Source: Vulcanimicrobiota bacterium
GTDB lineage: Bacteria; Vulcanimicrobiota; Vulcanimicrobiia; Vulcanimicrobiales; Vulcanimicrobiaceae
DNA length: 64,000 nucleotides
NCBI GenBank assembly: GCA_963795855.1
Contig: CAWCIZ010000002.1
Coordinates: 576,001-640,000 of the forward strand
Direction: 5' to 3'
The notes under the pieces are model-generated. The model was not told where the DNA came from, did no database searches, and was given only the letters and a program-made list of their open reading frames with translations. The position numbers were made by a program, and so were the translations under genes. The number at the start of each line of letters is the position of its first letter. Positions within the stretch are counted from its first letter, which is position 1. Shown here one piece after another: positions 59,348 to 64,000 of this stretch.

Positions 59348-60727
59348 GTGCAACCCCTTGAAGACCATGACGGCACGATGCTGCGTCCGGCGAGCGTCGC
59401 GATCGTCGGTCGTCCGAACGTCGGCAAAAGCGCGCTCTTCAACCGATTGATCGGGCAGCGGCTGGCAATCGTCGAGGACACGCCCGGGGTAACCCGCGAC
59501 CGCTTGTACGGTCTATGCGAGTGGCAAGGGCGCACGTTCAGCCTCGTCGATACCGCCGGCATCGATCCCGCACAAGACAAAGCCGGCGACCACATCGCCG
59601 TTTCCACTCGCCGTCAGGCGGAAGCCGCGGCACAAGAGTCCGACGCCATCGTCTTCGTCGTCGACGCCGCGTCGGGGCGCAATCCGCTCGACGAAGAAGT
59701 GGCGCGCATTCTGCGCCGCACGCGCAAACCGGTTCTCCTGGTAGCGAACAAGGCGGAGTCGCCTTCTGCGGCCGCGTCGGTGTACGGCGAGTTTTCCGCG
59801 CTCGGATTCGGCGAGCCGGTCGCGGTCTCGGCGATTCACGGCGAGGGCACCGGCGATTTGCTGGACCGCGTCGTAGAACATCTGCCCGAACGAGCTCCGC
59901 CGCCGGATTTGCAAGGCGAGATTTCGCTTGCGCTCGTCGGCCGTCCGAACGTCGGTAAAGACTCGCTGCTGAACGCTCTTCTCGGCGAAGAGCGCGCGGT
60001 CGTTTCCGATGTGCCGGGCACCACACGCGACGCCATCGACACGATCTTCCAATTTCACGAACACCGGATTCGTCTCATCGACACGGCGGGCGTACGCAAG
60101 AAGCCGCAGCAGCACGGCGCGATCGAGTATTACTCGGCGCTGCGATCGATCTCCGCAATCAATCGCTGCGACATCGCGCTTCTGCTTTTCGACGCGATGA
60201 CGGGCCTGCAAAATCAGGAGCGCCGGCTCGCCGGAATGATCCTCGAAGAGCGTAAAGGCCTCATCATCGTCGGCAACAAGTGGGACCTCGCGCGCGAGCA
60301 GGGCGAATACAGTCAAGGCGAACTCATCGGCGTCATCTACGAACAAGTGCCCTTCGCGCGCTTCGCCCCCGTCACGTTTCTGTCCGCAAAAACGCGGCGA
60401 CGTTTGGGCAGCTTGATGCCGCTCGTCATGAAAGTCGCCGCTAACTTGGATCGGCACGTTCCGACCGCGAAGCTCAACGCGGCGATCCGCGACGCGACGC
60501 TTGCACATCCCGCGCCGGCGCCGGGCGGAAAACCGTTCAAAATCTATTATTGTTCGCAGCCGGCAGCGCATCCGCCGCTCTTCGTTTTCCATTGCAACGA
60601 TCCGGAACTGGTTCAGTCGCCATACAAGCGGTTTTTGGAAAACGTCATTCGGCAGCACTTTGATTTCGAAGGCGTGCCGCTTTCGCTGGAATTCAGGGAA
60701 CGGTCGCGCGCGGAGCTCGAAGAGTGA
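59348..60727 (+). CDS. der: Ribosome biogenesis GTPase Der/EngA (start 59348 or 59378)
   Basis: Two GTPase domains (GRPNVGKS, PGVTRD, DTAG, NKxE/D) plus KH-like domain YKRFLEN..FDFEGVP. Confidence 0.96.
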   Translation: MQPLEDHDGTMLRPASVAIVGRPNVGKSALFNRLIGQRLAIVEDTPGVTRDRLYGLCEWQGRTFSLVDTAGIDPAQDKAGDHIAVSTRRQAEAAAQESDAIVFVVDAASGRNPLDEEVARILRRTRKPVLLVANKAESPSAAASVYGEFSALGFGEPVAVSAIHGEGTGDLLDRVVEHLPERAPPPDLQGEISLALVGRPNVGKDSLLNALLGEERAVVSDVPGTTRDAIDTIFQFHEHRIRLIDTAGVRKKPQQHGAIEYYSALRSISAINRCDIALLLFDAMTGLQNQERRLAGMILEERKGLIIVGNKWDLAREQGEYSQGELIGVIYEQVPFARFAPVTFLSAKTRRRLGSLMPLVMKVAANLDRHVPTAKLNAAIRDATLAHPAPAPGGKPFKIYYCSQPAAHPPLFVFHCNDPELVQSPYKRFLENVIRQHFDFEGVPLSLEFRERSRAELEE

Positions 60728-61338
60728 GCGCGATCGCCTACGCGGGAATCGCGCTCGGCGCGTTTCTGCTGGGCTCGGTTCCGTTCGGCGTCGTCATTTC
60801 ACGCTTGTTTTACCGCCGCGACATCCGGCAAGGCGGGAGCGGCAACATCGGCGCAATGAACGCGCTTCGCACGATCGGAAAAACCGGCGCGCTGGCGGTG
60901 CTCGTGCTGGATGCATTGAAAGGCGCGGTGCCGGCGCTGCTCGTGATGCGGATGCTGCACGACACGCATCTCGCGGCGATCGTCGCGGCGTGCGCAATGC
61001 TCGGTCACTGCTTTTCGCCCTGGCTGCGTTTCAAAGGCGGCAAAGGCGTCGCGACGTCGTTCGGAGCGACGTTCGCTCTTTCGTGGCCCGCAGGCGTCGC
61101 ATCCATTGTGGCTTGGCTCGCTGGCGCGCTCTCGACGACGTACTCCTCGGTCGGTTCCATGCTCGCGCACATCGTCACGCCGGTCGCGCTCTGGTACTTC
61201 ACGCGCGACGCATGGCTGACGGGCTACGGCGTGTTTGCAGCGATTCTCGTGTTTTACACGCATCGCGAAAATATCGCGCGAATTGCCGCAGGCCGCGAAA
61301 GCGGAATACCGTTCCTGCGTCGCGGGAGGGCTCCGTAA
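60724..61338 (+). CDS. plsY: Glycerol-3-phosphate acyltransferase PlsY
   Basis: LGSVPFG, GSGNIGAMN, DALKG, GHCFS..FKGGKGVAT, HRENIAR. Confidence 0.95.
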   Translation: MSAIAYAGIALGAFLLGSVPFGVVISRLFYRRDIRQGGSGNIGAMNALRTIGKTGALAVLVLDALKGAVPALLVMRMLHDTHLAAIVAACAMLGHCFSPWLRFKGGKGVATSFGATFALSWPAGVASIVAWLAGALSTTYSSVGSMLAHIVTPVALWYFTRDAWLTGYGVFAAILVFYTHRENIARIAAGRESGIPFLRRGRAP

Positions 61339-61363
61339 CCCCTGCTGCGTATTGGGGCAGGTC

Positions 61364-61927
61364 ATGATTTCATCGAACGATCTTCGCAACGGCGTCACCA
61401 TTATCGAGAACGGCCAGTTGTGGACCGTGATCGAGTTTTTGCACGTGAAGCCGGGCAAGGGGTCGGCGTTCGTTCGTACGCGCCTCAAAAATGTGAAGAC
61501 GGGCGCGACGGTCGAGAAGACGTTTCGAGCCGGTGAAAAACTCGAACGCGCGACGGTCGACAACCGGCAGATGCAAATGCTGTATAACGACGGCGACGGA
61601 TATCACTTCATGGACCAAGAGACGTTCGAGAATGTGACGCTCCAGCGCGAAGTCATCGGCGATCCCGCCGACTTTCTCAAAGACGGCATGGTCGTGGACG
61701 TGCAATTTCACGACACGAATCCGATCGGCTGCGATCTGCCCGCCCACGTGGAATTGAAAGTGGATCAAACCGATCCGGGGTTCAAGGGCGATACGGCGAC
61801 CGGCGCGACGAAACCCGCGACGCTCGAAACCGGCGCGGTCGTGCAAGTTCCGCTCTTCGTCAATCCCGGCGATCTGATTCGAATCGACACGCGCGATCGC
61901 CGGTACATCGGCCGCGTCGGCACGTAA
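61364..61927 (+). CDS. efp: Elongation factor P
   Basis: HVKPGKGSAFVR, PGFKGDT, KPATLETG, VPLFV. Confidence 0.97.
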   Translation: MISSNDLRNGVTIIENGQLWTVIEFLHVKPGKGSAFVRTRLKNVKTGATVEKTFRAGEKLERATVDNRQMQMLYNDGDGYHFMDQETFENVTLQREVIGDPADFLKDGMVVDVQFHDTNPIGCDLPAHVELKVDQTDPGFKGDTATGATKPATLETGAVVQVPLFVNPGDLIRIDTRDRRYIGRVGT

Positions 61928-61942
61928 CGCCAGCCAAAGCAC

Positions 61943-62731
61943 ATTCACCACGCGTATTGGCTCTACGTCTGGCTTTTCGTCGCCGGGCTCGGAGCGAGCA
62001 TCTTTGGATCGATGGTCGGCCTCGGCGGCGGATTCATCATCGTTCCCGTGCTGCGCTTGTTCTTTGGTTTAGGTCCTGCCGAGGCATCGGGAACCTCGCT
62101 CGCGCTCGTCATCGCAAATAGCGGAAGCGGCGCCTTTACCTATTTGATGCAACGTCGCGTGCACGTGCGCATAGGCCTGCTGATCGCCGCCGCCGGTTTT
62201 CCGGGTGCGATTCTCGGCGCGATCGCGGTGAAGCACCTGCCCGCGCACGTCTTCGATTGGTTGTTTGCGGCGTTCCTCATTGCCGTGGCCGCGGACATCA
62301 TCTTCAACCGCGACCGGCGCCTGCGCGATCGCGACGAGCAGGCCGAGATACACGCGATATCCGGAATGCCGTGGTACACGGCGCTCGTGTCGGGCTTCGG
62401 CGTCGGATTCATTTCGAGTCTCTTCGGCGTCGGCGGCGGCGTCGTGCTCGTGCCCACGCTGCTGTACTTCTCCGATTTGCCCGCGCACGCAATCAGCGCG
62501 ACCTCGCATTTCGGCATCGTCCTGACCTCGCCGATCGGTTTCGTTACGCATTATTTGCAGAACGACGTCGATTGGCAAGACGTCGTGCCGCTCGTTGCGG
62601 GCGGTCTGCTTGGGGGGCCCATCGGCGCACGGCTCTCGCTGCGGCTTCACTCGCAGCGCCTGTTGAATTTCGTCGCCGCCGCGCTCGTCATCGCCGCGTT
62701 TGCGTTAGTTTTACGCCACGTCATAGGGTAG
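61943..62731 (+). CDS. Sulfite exporter TauE/SafE family protein (first ATG 62012; probable upstream start)
   Basis: GLGGGFIIVP and GVGGGVVLVP repeats; in-frame TM helix upstream of 62012. Confidence 0.88.
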   Translation: MHHAYWLYVWLFVAGLGASIFGSMVGLGGGFIIVPVLRLFFGLGPAEASGTSLALVIANSGSGAFTYLMQRRVHVRIGLLIAAAGFPGAILGAIAVKHLPAHVFDWLFAAFLIAVAADIIFNRDRRLRDRDEQAEIHAISGMPWYTALVSGFGVGFISSLFGVGGGVVLVPTLLYFSDLPAHAISATSHFGIVLTSPIGFVTHYLQNDVDWQDVVPLVAGGLLGGPIGARLSLRLHSQRLLNFVAAALVIAAFALVLRHVIG

Positions 62732-62760
62732 GCATCCCAGCGCAAGAATAGCACCCAGGT

Positions 62761-64000
62761 ATGTATCCGCTCGGCGCCCTTTCGAGTGGGGCCGGTTCCG
62801 TTACGGAACTCGAACGGCTCTTCGAAATAACGCGGGACGTTCTTGGCGCGTCTTCGCTCGACGCGGCGCTTACGTCGCTGGCTCGAGGCGTTCAGGATCT
62901 TTTCGGTTGGCGATGCGTCACGATGGTCGCCGCGGAAGAGCCGAACGGCGAATTGCTGCGCCGCGTCATGCTGGGGTGGCCGGAAGAAGTCACCCGCGAC
63001 CGGCTGTACGAGCGCATCGATCGCGGCGCCTTCGACGCGATGCTCGGTGAAGCAGTCCGCTTTTTCGAAGATTGCTATTTCTTCCCGGCGGAACGGGAGG
63101 CGCATTGGGAGCGATCCATTTTCACCGGGATCAATCCGAACGGCGCGTTGCGCAAGTATCCCAGTCAATGGCTCGAACGCGACGCGCTCGTTCTGACGTT
63201 GCACGACCGCGACGGCATGATGATCGGCTACATGTCGCCCGACGGTCCGCTCAACGGCGAGATTCCCAGCGCGCAAACGCTGCGCGCGATGCAAGTTTTC
63301 GTGAACCTCATGGGCATGGCGCTCGAAAACGCGCGTTCGCAAAGCCGGCTGCAATACGAAGCGACGCACGATTCGTTGACCGGATTGCCCAACCGCACCG
63401 TGTTTTCGCTCGAGCTCGCACGCGCGCTCGAAGCGCTCGGCCGCGGCGAGAGCGTCGAGCGCGCCGTCATCTACCTCGATCTCGATGAATTCAAATCCAT
63501 CAACGACACGCTGGGGCATCTGGCGGGCGACGACGTGCTCAAAGAAGCAGCGGCGCGGCTGCGCGCGATCGTCGACGAACGCTGCACGGTCGCACGCATG
63601 GCGGGCGATGAATTCGCAATTCTTTTCGTCGATGCGCGCCCCAGCCGCATCGCGCAATTACTCGAGGTCATGCACGAGACGCTTCGGCATCCGTATCACA
63701 TTGCCGGCCGCAGCATCGTCATGAGCGCGAGCATCGGGATCGCGCCGATCGACCGGCAATACGCGTCGATCGCGGAAGTGCTGCGCGACGCCGACACCGC
63801 AATGTACTTTGCCAAGAGCGAAGGCCGCGATCGCAGCGCGATCTTCACGCCCAGCATGCACGAGGCGGCGTTGCGGCGCCTGTCGTTGCGCATGCACCTG
63901 CGCAGCGCCATCGACGAGCAGCAATTCGTCGTCCTCTACCAGCCGATCGTCGCGCTGGAGGACCGCAGCATCAGAGGCGTCGAGGCGCTCTTGCGCTGGA
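62761..64000 (+). CDS. Sensor (GAF-like)-GGDEF-EAL protein, truncated by window end
   Basis: Open frame from ATG 62761: HDSLTGLPNR, DLDEFKSINDTLGH, RMAGDEF, ADTAMYFAK, YQPIV, VEALLRW. Confidence 0.92.
   Translation, partial: MYPLGALSSGAGSVTELERLFEITRDVLGASSLDAALTSLARGVQDLFGWRCVTMVAAEEPNGELLRRVMLGWPEEVTRDRLYERIDRGAFDAMLGEAVRFFEDCYFFPAEREAHWERSIFTGINPNGALRKYPSQWLERDALVLTLHDRDGMMIGYMSPDGPLNGEIPSAQTLRAMQVFVNLMGMALENARSQSRLQYEATHDSLTGLPNRTVFSLELARALEALGRGESVERAVIYLDLDEFKSINDTLGHLAGDDVLKEAAARLRAIVDERCTVARMAGDEFAILFVDARPSRIAQLLEVMHETLRHPYHIAGRSIVMSASIGIAPIDRQYASIAEVLRDADTAMYFAKSEGRDRSAIFTPSMHEAALRRLSLRMHLRSAIDEQQFVVLYQPIVALEDRSIRGVEALLRW

Noticed and set aside
1..64000. CRISPR arrays, IS elements, integrases, prophage or defence genes, rRNA
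   Set aside because: No regularly spaced repeats or recognisable protein motifs seen by eye; short or degenerate remnants cannot be excluded

Overview
High-GC bacterial window. Gene style (TonB-dependent receptor type, Firmicutes-like miaB-mutS-mutL-miaA-hfq order in an apparent diderm) suggests Eremiobacterota/WPS-2, which is an inference only. Right third (42.7-64 kb) is core genome: tmRNA, uvrC, dedA, tRNA-Pro(CGG), two trkA-like genes, CPA1 antiporter, radical SAM, dapF, hfq, miaA, OsmC-like, mutL, mutS, miaB, der, plsY, efp, TauE, GGDEF-EAL. The left two thirds are accessory: amt plus porin, a redox/ECF cluster, secreted hydrolases and peptidases, a TonB-dependent receptor, a VPS10/BNR protein, a DUF2382 pair and a SARP/BTAD regulator cluster. 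Many genes, including uvrC, carry single-base indels, most likely long-read errors. Best finding: an AhpD/CMD-family gene split by the ORF caller at an in-frame UGA in a CxxU motif, followed by an fdhF-like SECIS hairpin (a probable selenoprotein) and preceded by an ECF41-type promoter. Other notable signals: a symmetric, overlapping ECF42-type promoter pair, 11-bp-periodic repeats flanking the SARP cluster, two candidate non-canonical (ATT/ATA) starts, an atypical tmRNA T-loop and a perfect DnaA box upstream of mutS. No CRISPR array, rRNA, integrase or transposase was seen.
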